From assembly GCA_002633005.1 (NCBI GenBank), contig NMRA01000229.1, positions 582,271 through 646,270 of the forward strand: 64,000 nucleotides of DNA. The letters run 5' to 3'. Source of the DNA: Phoronis australis. Taxonomy: Eukaryota; Animalia; Phoronida. The translations under genes and the position numbers were made by a program. The notes below the pieces were generated by a model. It had not been told where the DNA came from. It worked only from the letters and a program-made list of their open reading frames with translations, and did no database searches. Positions 63,396-64,000 of this stretch are shown here, piece after piece (within the stretch, counting starts at the first letter, position 1; each line of letters starts with the position of its first letter).

Positions 63396-63810
63396 ATTGG
63401 AGGATTTAAGGGGGGGGGCAAGAGGACCATGGCCCCCCTAAAATTCTCCCAGATACCATTTGGCAGTTCAGGGTGCAAATTGCTGATTAGCACATGCACC
63501 TTGAACAAACCCTGTATACCGTTTATGTTTTTTTAGTAATAAGATCCACAAACCCAAAAATTCGACACCCCCGCATTCCTACATCAGGCTGGACTCGCGC
63601 ATGTCGCAAAATTCTGGTTATTCCTGTGCCCTGGCCCCCCTAACTCAAAATACTGGATTCGCCCCTGGGGCAGATCCATGATTTTGAGTTGGGGGAACAG
63701 GGCAGACTATTGGCCAGGATTTAGTTCACCAAACATTTGCACCCCCGAACTGCAAAATGGGAACTGTGAGAATTTTAGGGAGGCCATAGCCCCCCTCTAA
63801 ATCCACCACT
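63396..63810. mobile_element. Fold-back MITE (hAT-like CAGTGG.GGAT termini), apparently two units in inverted orientation
   Basis: The left arm (about 63396..63480) is the reverse complement of about 63735..63810. A second palindrome is centred at about 63665. Confidence 0.65.
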
Positions 63811-64000
63811 GACTAGTCAGCTAGCTAGTCCACTTGAACATAACCCACTGGATCAGCGATGAATCCTCGCATTAAATGCAAGCAAACTTGGGAAGTGCCA
63901 GTAGGCTGAAGCTTGTTGCGAGAATAGTGAGATCATACAAAACCATGGTTGGGAATGGGATGCAACAAGTTGATGTCTGTTATTCAGTGAAGAAATCTGG

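Overview
This is eukaryotic, intron-rich invertebrate DNA, probably spiralian/molluscan-like (inferred from the neuropeptide type and repeat content; not proven). It is not prokaryotic, and there is no CRISPR array, rRNA or intact tRNA. The main gene is a complete 12-exon BMPER/crossveinless-2 on the minus strand (53145..30006). I assembled it by hand: all introns are GT-AG with consistent phases, giving 1998 nt and 665 aa (signal peptide, 5 VWC, VWD with GDPH, C8, TIL). Six of these exons are absent from the ORF track. The left part holds a plus-strand PRXamide neuropeptide precursor (pleurin/ETH-like, FFYMKDRIKHYPRM-amide, 9637..9960). It also holds a convergent minus-strand exon (17494..17223) encoding a candidate amidated peptide, YLRLSLLGRFKGLV-amide, between RQKR and GKK. 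The rest is transposon debris: an Academ element with intact ends, a Kolobok-like element with a dead THAP domain, an intron-containing hAT transposase relic, tRNA-head plus long-palindrome modules, fold-back MITEs, mini- and microsatellites, and an assembly gap (12530..12843). TACATGTA is strongly over-represented throughout. All identifications come from manual translation and motif recall; no database search was run.
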